DNA of 64,000 nt, taken from positions 1,178,001 through 1,242,000 of the forward strand of contig JABVCE010000010.1 of assembly GCA_014905635.1 (NCBI GenBank), in the 5' to 3' direction. Positions 52,921 through 64,000 of the stretch are shown here, in pieces; positions within the stretch are counted from its first letter, which is position 1, and each line of letters begins with the position of its first letter. This DNA comes from Scenedesmus sp. PABB004 (taxonomy: Eukaryota). The position numbers and the translations under genes are program-made. The notes beneath the pieces are model-generated. The model saw nothing but the letters and a program-made list of their open reading frames with translations, searched no databases and had not been told where the DNA came from.

Positions 52921-55900
52921 ATGGCAGCTCGCACGGCCACCCTGGCCGTCCTGCTGCTGGGCCTCGCGGCCCTGGCCTCCGCGGCGCCCGCCGGCCGCAG
53001 CGCCGCCAGCCGCCAGCTGCTCCAGAGCGGCGTGTCTTGCCCGGCCCAGATCCCCGCGTGCACGGCCCGCCGTTGCACCACCCGCATCCTGGACAGCAAG
53101 GAGACCTACGTGTGCCTGCGCTGCATGAAGGGCTACGTGCCCGCCCGCGGCAGCGACGGCCGCTCCATCGTGCAGTGCGGTGAGCTTGGGCGCCCGCCCG
53201 CCTGCGCCGCGGCGGCGGTTGGTGCTGCCTGCCTGCCTGCTTGGCTGCCTGCCTGTCTGCCGCGCGCCACCGGCCTCGTCTCACCCGCCCGCCCGCCTGC
53301 CGCCTGCGCGCAGTGTGCCCGCCCGGCACCTTCCAGAACGTCACCGGCAACACCCGCCAGTGCTCGCCCTGCCCCACCGGCTCCTACTGCCCCGGCGGCG
53401 ACAAGAACGCGCGCCTGCCGACCGACGACGCGGGCGCGCAGAACAGCTGCAACCCCACCGGCTCCGTCGGCCTTACGACCAAGTCCGCCTCGACCACCCG
53501 CGCCGCCGACTGCAGTGAGTGGCCGCTTGCCTGCCTGCCTGCGCGCGCGCCTGCACCGCCTGCTGCTGCTGTGCGCGCGTGGGCTGCAGCGCGCACAGCA
53601 TGCGCGCCCAGCGCTGTGAGCAGCTGCTCACTCGCCCGCGTGCGCCTGCTGCCCGCCCCTCCCTCTCGCAGTCGCCCAGGCCGGCTATGTGCTCCCCACC
53701 AGCCGCGGCGGCGCTGCCCAGCAGTGCGCTGGCAACACCTACGCGCCCGACCTGAACCGCCTCAAGACCTGCCTGCCGTGCCAGTCCGGCCTGGCGGCGC
53801 CCACCGGCTACAACGGCACGCGCGACAACAAGAACGACGTGTGCCAGGTGCCGCCCGGCAAGTTCTGGGAGCTCAACGTTGTCCGCGACTGCCCCAAGGG
53901 CCTCTACCGCTCCAACTTTGTGCGCACCGACAACAAGCTCGCCATCAACTGCCTGTCCTGCCCCGAGGGCTGGACCACCGCCAGCATCGCCTCCACCGGC
54001 ATCGACAAGTGCAACGGTGGGTGCCGCGCCGCGCCGGGAGCCCGCGGCTGCTGCTGCCGCGGCTGCTGCTGCCGCGCCGGGAGCCCGCGGCTGCCGCGCT
54101 GCGGCCGCCCGCCGCCGGCTCGACGCTGGCCCCAGCCTGACTGTGCTGCTGCCGCGGCCTCCCCTCCCGCGCGCAGTGCTGATGCCCGGCTACAAGCTCG
54201 CCACCACGACCGCCGGCACTGAGCCCACCGGCTCGGCCGTCCCCGTGACCAGCAGCAGCACCTTTGTGCCCTCGGCCGTGGAGGTGTGCCCCATCGGCTT
54301 CTTCTTCGACGGCACCGCCGGCACCTGGTCGTGCAAGCCCTGCCCGTACAGCACCATCACGCTCAAGAACGGCTCCGCCTCGGCCGACGACTGTGTGGTG
54401 CCCCCGGGCTACTTTGTGGCCGGCACCGCCGCCAGCGGCTCGATGGTCAAGTGCCCGGTCACGCCCGCCAACACCGAGGATGAGGGCTACTACCGCGCCG
54501 GCTGGAAGGCGTTCAAGGAGGTGGTCAGCACCAGCGGTGACGGCAAGGACGTGTGCACCAAGTGCGGTGCCGGCATCCTCAGCGCCCTGACCGAGACCGA
54601 CGAGCTCTCCACCGCTGCCGCGGGCAGCAAGGTCGCCGCCACCTCCGCCTCTTGCTGTGAGTGGCCTGCCCTGCCTGCGCGCGCGCGCGCGCCTGCTCGG
54701 CTGCCTGCCTGCGCGGGGACCCCGCACTGCAGCGCCGCTGTTGCTCACGCCCTGCGCCCGCCCCGCTCACCCACAGACATCAAGGCCGGCTGGGGCATCA
54801 CCTTTGACCCCGCTGACTTCACCGCGTTCAAGGCCATCAAGCCGTGCCCGGCCAACACCTACGGTGTTGCCAACACCACGTTCGGCCTGATCAACGCGCC
54901 CTGCAAGGCCTGCACCAAGAACCTCTACTCCGCGGCCGCGTCGACCAGCTTTGACGACTGCAAGAACCCCGGCGGCTTTGGCTACACCACGGAGGGCGCC
55001 AACCAGTGCCCCGACGGCTTCTGGGCGCCCGCCGCGAGCATGGAGCCGTGCGAGAAGTGCCCCGAGGGCCGCACCACCGCGTACGCCCCCGGCAACGGCA
55101 CCCTGCAGGACTCGATCGACGACTGCATCGTGCCCGCCGGCTCCGGCGTGTTCAGCGCCGACGCGAGCAACCCGTGGGACCCCACCAACCCCACCTCCAG
55201 CACCGGCGTCAAGCCCTGCCCCGTGGGCTACTTCTCTGCCGGCGACGTGGAGGGCACTGCCACCACCAACCCCAAGTGCCAGCAGTGCACCAGCGGTGCC
55301 AGCACCACCAACGTCGGCGCGGCCACCTGCGACGTGTGCGCGGCTGGCTTTGGCAAGACCTCTGGCAGCAGCACCTGCAGCGCGTGCAACTACGGCACGT
55401 TCAACCTCGGCAGCAGCGACAGCTGCATGACCTGCCCCACGACCACCTACCAGGACCCCGTGGGCGAGGCCATCACCTCCGACGGCGTGACCTTCAGGAA
55501 GTCGCTCAAGGGCGCCGAGTCGTGCGTGCCCCGCTTTGCCCAGCTCGCCAACCCCGCCGGCGACGTGCTGGCGCTGCCCGCGGGCATGTTCACCGCCAAC
55601 GCGGCCACCACCGTGACGACCTGCCTGGCGGCCTGCCCCGCCAACAAGTGCTGCGTCGCCGAGATGCTCGAGACCACCGCCGGCTCCGGCGTGGTGTCGT
55701 GCAAGCACGCGCTGCTGGCGCCCACCACGCCCGCGGTGGACGGCAAGGCCAAGATGTTCTACAAGCTGCCGCCCAGTGAGATCAGCGCCGCGTCCAAGGA
55801 CGTGTCCGCCAAGACCATGGCGTCCGGCATCTTTGCCGCGTGCGACATCGACTCGTTCGCCACCGACGCCGCCGCCGGCCTGGTCGGCACCTCGCCCAAC

Positions 55901-56143
55901 CCGCTGCTGGTGGAGGCTGGCCGCAACGCCGCCGAGTGGGACGTCGATGAGTGCAAGACCTACGCCACGTGCAAGGCCGCGTGCATGTCCAACGGCGCGT
56001 GCTGGGGCTTCCTCTACGTCCCCACCAAGGGCTGGACCCTGCGCGGCGGCGAGGCGACCCTGGGCGCCCGCTCCTTCTTCGTCAGCCCCAACGGCGCTGA
56101 CGCGTCCGGCCCCGCCGACATGGCCAGCTTCACCTGGGCCTAA
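52921..56143 (+). CDS. Secreted cysteine-rich repeat protein, copy C (full length, 5 exons)
   Basis: Same protein as copy A except for visible D/N (CPADK vs CPANK) and S/T (CKSY vs CKTY) changes; introns at ~53180-53313, 53515-53671, 54017-54176, 54658-54776; stop TAA 56141-56143. Confidence 0.9.
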
Positions 56144-56835
56144 GCGCTGCGCGCGCACGCGCTGCTGTTACGTACTCAGTTTTTACCATCAACCCTGTGC
56201 ATACGCAGCAGGCTGGTAGCACTGTACTTAAGCACACATGCATCAACCCTTACCCTAGGCTGCCTGCCTGCCTTGTGCGGCGGCAATAAGCCAGTGCGTT
56301 GGCTCCCAAGCCACCTGGCCCCACCGCCTGCCTGCGGCCCCCTGCTGCCTGGCGCAGCCGGCGCGGGGCGTGCTGCTGCGGCGTGAACCGAGAGGCCTGC
56401 GCGCGCTGCGCTGCCAGCTAGTTGTTGAGGAACGACCCGCTCCTGCCTTTTATGCCTTGCCTCCCTTATGTGTTTGAGCTGCCCTTGATGCGCTTGCGAT
56501 GGGCTCAATAACACACCGGGTGATGGGCTTGCGCCTTGCGCGGCAGCGCGGCGCCCAAACGATAGCCTGCTGCTGTCCCGGCGGACGGCGGCGCGCGCAA
56601 CACGCGCACGTGGGCTGCAATAAGCTCCCCTGCCCACCCTTCTGGGGGGCGGCTGGTTGGCTGCGCTGCGCCGTTTTTTATCAGGCCGCACGCGCGAGCG
56701 GGTGGTGGTGACGGCGCGCGGCACTCGCCGCCCAAAGTAACCAACCCACCCCAACAAAACCTGACCCGACGTGGACCCCCTATCCTCAAGCCCAACTCAG
56801 CTGTTGAGAGTCAGCAGCAGACAGTCACTCGCTCT

Positions 56836-57044
56836 GCCAGCGGCAGGGTCGTGGCAGGGCAGCCCAACTGCGCGCGGCGAGCGCGCGCGGCGGCGCCCGA
56901 CCAGCGCTCGCGCGCCCCCTCGCAGCGCCCAGCGCGGCTGGCAGCGCTTGGCATGCGCGGCGCCGCAGAGGTGCAGCATGCTTGGCGGCAGGCGCGCAGC
57001 AGCCGGGCCGGCCGCGCGCCGCTGTCCCGACGCGCACAGAGCGC
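56836..57044 (+). repeat. Direct repeat R, downstream of Cys-rich gene copy C
   Basis: Diverged match to 52037-52237 (two indels and a few substitutions). Confidence 0.9.
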
Positions 57045-57783
57045 GCTCGCGAGCCACCAGGATTGTGCTGGTCGTCGATCCTGACACACCGCTGCCTCGC
57101 CGGCGCGGCCCACGAAGGCCTGCCGGCGCGCTGAAGCCGCCCACTCTTGTCGCGAGGCGCTGCGGCGCGCGCTCGGTGCTAGTGCGTGTGCGGGGACTGA
57201 CACAGTCGAGCGGCGCATGCCGGGCAGCGGCGCCCGCGCGGGGCGCCCGGGTCAGCCCTGGCGATGGTAGGCGCACGCCGAGCACGCGCCCAGCCGCTGG
57301 TCGGGAACGGAGAGGGAGCTCGTCATTCGTGTATCCTGACCGCCCAGCGCACACAGAGCGGCGCCGCAGGGCAGGGGCGCACGATCCAGGCGCCGCCGCC
57401 GGCCGCAGCACGCGCGCTGCGCTGCGCCGCCGGTCGCCGCGGGCGCCCCGCACGGCTCGAGGTTCTTGGGCGCGTCAGGCACGTGCCCAGCCGCCGGGCG
57501 CTGCGCGCGCGGCACCCAGCACGCGGCGAAGCGCCCACGCGCGCGCAGGCGCCCACACGAGCGCACGGCCGCAGCAGAGAACCGGCGGCAGCACAGCAGC
57601 AGCAGCCTGGCCCCGTGACCTCCAGCAGCGATGGCAGCGCCCCCCGGCCGCCAGAGCACAGCGCGCCGCACCTGTCTGCTCGGCGCGACGGCTCCCGGGT
57701 GCGCCGCACGCCGGCAGCGGCGGCAGCGGCAGCAGCAGCTGCGGTGCCTGCTCTGCTCTGCTGCGCTGCTGCGGTTGGGGCCC
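57037..57783 (+). repeat. Left arm of a ~0.73-kb inverted repeat
   Basis: CAGAGCGCGCTCGCGAGCCACCAGGATTGTGCTGGTCGTCGATCC... is the reverse complement of the sequence ending at 59550. Confidence 0.93.
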
Positions 57784-58813
57784 ACGGCCACGCCCACGGT
57801 ATCACGCAGGGCACTGCGGCTACGTGGGCACTGCCGCCCCGTGCGCGCGGCAGCCGCCCGAGCGCCGCCGCGGCAGCCGCTGCCGCCGGACGACCTGCTG
57901 CGCGCGGAGCCGGGCCGGGGCCCTGCGCACGGGTGGTGGCACACCGGCGTCCACTACGTGGCGATGGAAGTGCGGGACTACGAGCTGGACCAGTTCAGCG
58001 TCGTGAACAACGCCGTGTACGCGAGCTACGTGCAGCACGGTGCGGCGCGCGCGAGTGCTCGCACGGGCCCGCCGGCCGGCAGCCGCCCCCGCGCGCCGCG
58101 GCGGCCCAGTGCCGCGGCGGCCGGCGCAGGCCGCCACAAGGCGCTGGCGAGCCTGGGCCTGCACGTCGAGGGCTTTCAGGAGGCAGGCACGCTCATGGCG
58201 CTGTCACAGCTGCATCTAAGTTTCCGGCAGCCGCTGCGGGCCGGCGACACGTTCCTTGTGACGACCGCAGTCAGCGCGGTGTGCGCGCAGCGGCTGGCCC
58301 GACCACTCCCGGCGGCAGCTTTGCGCCGCCGGCGCGCCCGCGGCGGCGGCCGGGGCGGCAGTGGCACCGCGGGCGGCGGGCGCGCCGGCGGCGGGCGCGC
58401 CGGCGGGACGGAGCCGCCGCCGGGAGTGGTCGGGCCAGCCGCGCTGCGCACGCCGCGCTGACCGCTGCGCCCGGCGCTGCGCTGCGCGCTCTGCAGGTTT
58501 CCGCGGCCCGCATCGTCATCGACCACACGTGCCAGCGGGTCACGGGCCACTCGGATGGCGGCGACGCCCCGCAGGCGCGCTGCGGCGCGCCCTGCGGAGA
58601 GGCACCTTTCCGCGCGGGGCTGGCCGGCCGCCAGGGTGCGCGCGCTGCAGCGCGCTCACACACCGCGCCGCCGCCGCGGCGCAGGTCGTGTGCCAGGGCC
58701 AGGCGACGGTGGTGTTCCTGGACGCTCGGTACCGCCCCGTGCGCGTGCCCGCGGGCGTGCGCGACACGCTCGCGCCGCTCGCCGCCGAGTACGCGAGCGG
58801 CGGCGGTGCGTAG
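57631..58813 (+). CDS. Hotdog-fold acyl-CoA/ACP thioesterase, ALT/MKS2 (4HBT-like) family (spliced)
   Basis: MEVRDYELDQFSVVNNAVYASYVQH/GRH, MALSQLHLSFRQPLRAGDTFLV, VSAARIVIDH, ATVVFLDARYRPVRVP; stop TAG at 58813; likely ATG at 57631. Confidence 0.88.
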
Positions 58814-58828
58814 GGCTGTTTGAAACCT

Positions 58829-59550
58829 GGGTCCCAACCCACAGCAGAGCAGCAGAGAGCAGGGCACCGCAGCTGCTGCCGCCGCTGGCGCCGCTCCGCC
58901 GCTGGCGCCGCTGCCGGCGCGCCGCGCACCCGGGAGACGTCGCGCCGAGCAGACAGGTGCGGTGTGCTGTGCTCTGGCGGCCGGGCGGCGCTGCCATCGC
59001 TGCTGGAGGTCACGGCGCCAGTTGCTGCCGCTGTCTCTGGCGGCCGTGGGCGCCTGCGCGTGCCGGGGCGCTTCGCCGCGTGCTGGGTGCTGCTGGTGCG
59101 CAGCGCCCGGCCGCGGGGCGCGTGCCCTGACGCGCGCAAGAACCTCGAGCGGTGCAGGGCGCTGGAGCGACCGGCGGCAGCGCTCAGCGCGCGTGCTGGC
59201 GGCGGCGCCTGGATCGTGCGCCCCTGCCCTGCGGCGCCGCTCTGTGTGCGCAGGGCGGTCAGGATACACGAATGACGAGCTCCGTTCCCGACCAGCGGCT
59301 GGGCGCGTGCTCGGCGTGCGCCTACCATCGCCAGCGCTGACCCGGGCGCCCCGCGCGGGCGCCGCTGCCCGGCATGCGCCGCTCGACTGTGTCAGTCCCC
59401 GCACACGCACTAGCACCGAGCGCGCGCCGCAGCGCGACATGAGTGGGCGGCTTCAGCGCGCCGGCAGGCCTTCGTGGGCCGCGCCGGCGAGGCAGCGGTG
59501 TGTCAGGATCGACGACCAGCACAATCCTGGTGGCTCGCGAGCGCGCTCTG
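58829..59550 (-). repeat. Right arm of the inverted repeat (inverted copy of the thioesterase upstream region and first codons)
   Basis: Minus-strand reading MAAPPGRQSTAHRTCLLGATSPG (from 58997) mirrors MAAPPGRQSTARRTCLLGATAPG (from 57631). Confidence 0.93.
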
Positions 59551-59898
59551 GTGCCGCCAAATCGCGGCTGCGTGCCCTCCTCGCGCTGCTCCGCTGCGAG
59601 CCGATTCCGGGCGCTCTCACGCCGGCGCGTGGAGGTGCGCGCTGCCGCGTTCGTGGCGCGCGTGGCCGCGGGGCAGAGTGCGCGCGCGGCGCTGGGGCGT
59701 GGCCGGCATCGCCCCCGACACCCCTCGCCTGCTGTCGCCGGCGCGGCCCTGAAGCGCGCGGCGCCGGCCTGGGCGTCGTTGATCCAGCGGCCGGGCGAGC
59801 GCGCCGCGGCGCGCCGGCCTCACTCCTGGTGTGGCCGCGAACGCCGCCGCCGCTCCTGCCGCCGCGCGCAGGCATCGTGAGCGGTCGTGGCCGGCAGC

Positions 59899-61556
59899 AT
59901 GCACCACCACCACATGGCTGACGCGACGGCCAAGCAGCAGGCCGACGCGCAGCACCTGGCGCCGCACGGCGCGGGGGCGGCAGCAGCAGACGACGTCGAG
60001 CGCGCCGGCGACCAGGCCCTGCCGCGCGGCAGCGCGCCCGCCGCCGTGGCGGATGCAGGCGCGGAGGTCGACGACGAGCACGTGCACTACAGGCGCGCGG
60101 GCCGCGCGCGGGGGCGGCGCCGCTCGCCGCGAGCAGGCCGTAGCCACCGGGTCACGGGCCTCGGGGCGCTGCGCGACGCCGGCCGCCGCCGCCGCGACCG
60201 CCGCCGCCGCCGCAGCCACCGCGCGCCCTGGCTGCGCGCATTTGTGCTGGGCGCCAACGACGGCCTGGTCAGCACCGCGAGCCTGATGCTCGGCGTCGGC
60301 GCGGGCGCGGGCGAGGGCGCGGGCGCGCTGCGCGCGATGCAGCTCGCTGGCGTGGCGGGGCTCGTCGCCGGCGCGCTCTCCATGGCCGCAGGCGCGGCGC
60401 GCCAGGCGCTGGGCCGCGGGGGCTGGGCCGCGGGCCGCGGGCCGCGGGCCGCGGGCCGCGGGCCGCGGGCCGCGGGCGGCGCGGCGCGGCGCGCCCGCCC
60501 GGCCGGCCGGCCGGCCGCTGTGCCGGCGGCGCCGCCCCGCCGCCTCACGCGCGGCCGGCCGCCACTGCGCCCACGCGCCTGCGGTGCAGGCGAGTACATA
60601 AGTGTGGCCTCGCAGAAGGACGCCGAGGAGGCTGACATTGAAAAGGTGCGCGCCGGGCCGGCGCCCGCGCGCGGCGGGCAGGAGCACGCGCGCCTCTGCC
60701 AAGCGCGCCGCCGGCGCCCCTGCCGCGCGCGCGCAGGAGCGCCAGGAGCAGCTCAAGGGCGCGGCCGCGCAGGCCCGCGAGTTTGAGGAGCTGGTGCGCA
60801 CGGCGCCGCCCCAAACCGCCGCCCTCAAACCCCGAGCCCCCCAGGCGGCGGCGCTCGAGCGGCGTCGGGGGCTCGCGCTCAGCCCGCGCCCGCTCCGCGC
60901 CCGCAGGTCCAGATCTACGTGCAGCGCGGCCTCAGCGAGCCGCTCGCACGCCAGGTGCGCCCGCCCGCCCGCGCGCCGCGCGAAGGCGGCCCCGCGCCGC
61001 GCCGCCACGCCGCCGCCGCGCGCCACACACGCCACGCGCCGCCGCCGCCGCCGCCGCGCGCCAGGTGGCCGCCGAGCTGACGGCGCACGACGTCATCCGG
61101 GCGCACGCGCGCGACGAGCTCAAGATTGGTGAGCCACGCCCGCCCGCCCGCCCGCCCGCGTCGCGCACCCGCCCGCGTCGCCCGCCGCCGCGCTCGTCCG
61201 CGCCCGCCCGCCCACCCGCGCCCCCCGCTCACCCGCGCCGCGCAGACCTCGACGAGCTCGCCAACCCGCTGCAAGCCTCCGTCACGAGCGCGCTCGCCTT
61301 CTCCATTGGGGCGGGGCTGCCCCTGCTCGCGGGCGCGTTCGTGCAGCCCTGGCGCTGGCGCATCGCCGCCGTGTGCGTCGTGAGCGCGCTCGCGCTGCTC
61401 GCGTTTGGCGCGCTCGGCGCCGCGCTCGGCGGCGCGGGCGTTGGGCGCGGCGCGGCGCGCGTGCTCACGGGCGGCGCGCTCGCCATGGGCGTGACGTACG
61501 GCATCGGCGCCGCGTTCGCGACGGCCGCGGGCCCCGAGTTTCGCATGGGCGCGTGA
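59899..61556 (+). CDS. VIT1/CCC1-family vacuolar iron/manganese transporter (spliced)
   Basis: HRAPWLRAFVLGANDGLVSTASLMLGV, AGLVAGALSMAA/GEYISVASQKD, IYVQRGL, AHARDELKI, NPLQASVTSALAFSIGAGLPLL, AMGVTYGIG; TGTAA at ~61872. Confidence 0.93.
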
Positions 61557-62131
61557 GGAGGAGGTGGAGCTGGGAGGGGAGGAGAGCTGGGAGGCGGGAG
61601 GGGCGAGGCCGGCGCGCGAGGAGGAGCCCCGGGGGCGCGGAGGCACGACATGTCGCCGTGCGGCCGGCAGTGGAGAGCTGTGGGGAGCACCTGTTGCGGC
61701 GAGGTGGGGCAGACGGCGACCAGGAGCACTGCACGTGAAAGGGGGGCCAACCAAACTGAACTCGGAAGTTGCAGGGGGCAGGGGGCAGGTGCCCTCGAAA
61801 GAGTCCCGCGCCGGCTGCGACGCGCTGGCTGCGCGGGGCACGCGCGCGCCCCCACCGGCGGCCGTGGCCCATGTAACACACCTGGTTGCGGCGGCGCCGG
61901 GATGGTCGCAGGTCTTGCGGCAGGGCCGCGGGCGATCAACACGGGCGAGTGCGAGGGCTCGGGCGCGGCGGCTGTGCGGCCGGCCGGCCGCCGCCGCAAG
62001 CGCGCGTCGCCCGCATGAGGGCTGCTGTTCACGCCGGGCCGACCGGACGCGGCAGTCAGCGCGGGGAAATGCCGGTCCTGCAGCTCAGCGGCGGCGCGCG
62101 CCCTGCTGCTGCTCACTGAGCAAGCGCCGCC

Positions 62132-64000
62132 ATGGCCCTCGGCCCCGCAGTATGGCTGTGCCTGGCCGCGGCGGCCGCGGCCCTGGCGCCGGCCGCAGCG
62201 GTGCGGGTCGGGGAGCAGCGCGGAAGGGCGCCCGCAGGGCGCCCGCCGAGCAGCGCTCGCGCCGCGCCCGCGCCCGCGCGGCGATCAGCCCTGGCAGGCT
62301 GCCCGACGTCGCCGCGCCGGGGCGCGCGCGTTGCTCTCGGAGTCACCGCGGCCGCCGCTGCTCCGCCGCAGGGCGTCGCGCCGTCGCTCATCGGCGCCGA
62401 CGGCCCGGAGCTGACGCAGGTGGGTCGACGGCGGCAGCACCGGCGGCGGAGGCCCGCTGCCGCGCACGCGCGCCCGCCGCGCGACGCTCGTGCCGCCCGC
62501 GCCGCGCAGGTCGCGGCCGCGCAGGCGCTCGGCCTCTCGGGCGCGGGCGTGCGCGTGTGCGTGGTGGACGACGCCGTCGACATCACCCACGCAGCATTCG
62601 GCGGCTGCGCGGCCGCGGGCGACCCCGCGCCCTGCCGCGTGTTCTATTCGTACGACGCCTTCTCGCCCGGCGCCCCCGAGCGGGTGCGGCGCGCCGCCGG
62701 CACGCGCAGGGCTGCGCGGCTGCTGCTGCTGCTGCTGCGGCGGCGGCGGCCGCGGCCTCGCGGAGGACCCGGCTCACGCGGCCGGCCCGCGGCCCGCGCG
62801 CGCCCCCCGCCCGCGCGCGCAGCCGCCGGCGGCGTCGGTGGGGCACGGCACGCACGTGGCCGGCATCGCCGCGGGGCAGTTCCCGGTGCAGCTGCTCGAC
62901 GCCGACGGCGTGCCGCTGCCCGGCCAGCGCGGCGTCGCGTATGGCGCCAGCCTCGGGGCGTTCAAGGTGCGGCGCGGCGCGGCGCTGCCCGTGGGGCCGT
63001 GCGCGGCCGGCGCCCCCGCCGGCCCGCCATGCGCGCGCGCCGGCCCCCGCCCGCCGCGCCCGCGCCCGCGCGTGCTGCCGCCGCGCCCTGCCCTCTAAAC
63101 CCCTGAACCGCCGCAGATCGGGAACGACCGCTTCGGCAACATGGATGACCCGGAGGTCGAGTGGCGCGCGCTGGCCGTGGCGCGGCGCGCCAAGTGTGAC
63201 GTCATTAACATGTCATACGGCTCCCAGCTCGGTGCGCCGCGCCGGCGGCGACGGACGGCGGCGCGTGTGGGGGCGGCCGGCGGCGCGCGCGGCGCTGGAC
63301 GCGGCGGCGCCGGCCGCGCCCAGGCTCTTTCCTCCGCCCGCCCGCGCGCCGGCCGCCGCCGCCCGCCGCCGCCGCCCGCCCACGTCCCCGCCCTCGCCCG
63401 CGCAGCATCGCCGTTCTCCGAGCAGTGGCAGCCGTACGCCGAGCTGGTCAAGGCAGGGGTGTCGGTCGTGGCGGCAGGCGGGAACGACGGCGTCGAGAAC
63501 GGCGCGCGCGGGCTGTTCACCACGGCGGGCCTGCCCGACGGCCTGCCGGGCATCATCTCGGTCGCGCCGGTCATGTCGGCGGCGACGCCCGGCAGCCTGC
63601 TGGCGCTCAGCGCGCCGGTCGACACGCCCGCGGGGCGGCGCGACACGCTGGGTGCGGCGCGGGGCGCGCGGCGCGCGGGCAGGGCAGGGGCGCGCGGCGC
63701 GGCGCGGTGCGCTCACGCCGCGGCCGCGCGCACGCTGCAGTGGCGATCAACCGCGCCGACACCGACGCGCTCACCAACTGCAGCGACGGGCGGGCGGGCT
63801 GCCGCCCGCTCGTGCTGCCCGCGCCGCTCGTGCTGCTGCGCACGCGGCCGACACTCGACCGCACCGGCTGCTTCCCGCCGGTGGTCGTGACCAACACCTC
63901 GGCGCCGCGCGGCAAGGTCGTGGTCGTGCAGGTGACTCGCCGCGCCGCGCCGCGCCGCGCACGCTCCCCGCCTCGACGCCGGCCGCTCAGCCCCTGACCT
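62132..64000 (+). CDS. Secreted subtilisin-like serine protease (S8), 3'-partial
   Basis: Signal peptide MALGPAVWLCLAAAAAALAPAAA, GAGVRVCVVDDAVD (Asp), GHGTHVAGIAAG (His), GVAYGASLGAFK, DVINMSYG, GVSVVAAGGNDG; runs off the window before the catalytic Ser. Confidence 0.88.

Larger units (their letters stand above)
52037..57044. repeat. ~5.0-kb inverted copy of ~16702-21680
   Basis: Reverse complement of the copy A region, with few SNPs and intron indels; ORF translations mirror those at 17-21 kb. Confidence 0.97.

Noticed and set aside
52037..57044. LTR retrotransposon interpretation of R-gene-R
   Set aside because: No gag/pol, no TG..CA termini, no primer-binding site or target-site duplication, and the cargo keeps its introns.
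57037..59550. Autonomous DNA transposon with long terminal inverted repeats
   Set aside because: No transposase and no target-site duplication (flanks CGACGCGCA and GTGCCGCCA); the arm includes the host gene's own start.
60413..60476. (GGGCCGC)n heptamer run in a VIT1 intron; also (CT)n near 14117 and (GA)n near 41331
   Set aside because: Ordinary simple intronic repeats with no further structure.

Overview
Eukaryotic nuclear DNA, extremely GC-rich, gene-dense and rich in short introns. Gene content, TGTAA poly(A) signals and CTGAC/CTCAC branch sites point to a chlorophyte green alga, probably Sphaeropleales (inference). Most long ORFs in the supplied track are GC-driven shadows, so genes were rebuilt by reading exons and splice sites by eye; internal exon borders are approximate. 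About 24 genes are supported, including PDX2, TFIIA-gamma, a DDX3/Ded1 helicase, TatD, THOC6, GILT, TTLL9, katanin p60, SART1, a CBM20 protein, an ALT-type thioesterase, VIT1 and an S8 protease. The most unusual structure is a four-member family of secreted Cys-rich repeat proteins. One copy (52.9-56.1 kb) lies between two diverged ~200-bp direct repeats. An inverted, circularly permuted ~1.8-unit tandem array of the same unit (16.6-25.1 kb) has joints that are mosaics of those two repeats, as expected from repeat-mediated loop-out and re-insertion or unequal crossing-over. Other notable features are a thioesterase gene enclosed by an inverted copy of its own 5' region, about 20 GC-AG introns, a 9-nt microexon, a PRC-barrel/PTST-like-repeat fusion protein and a one-base frameshift in TatD.
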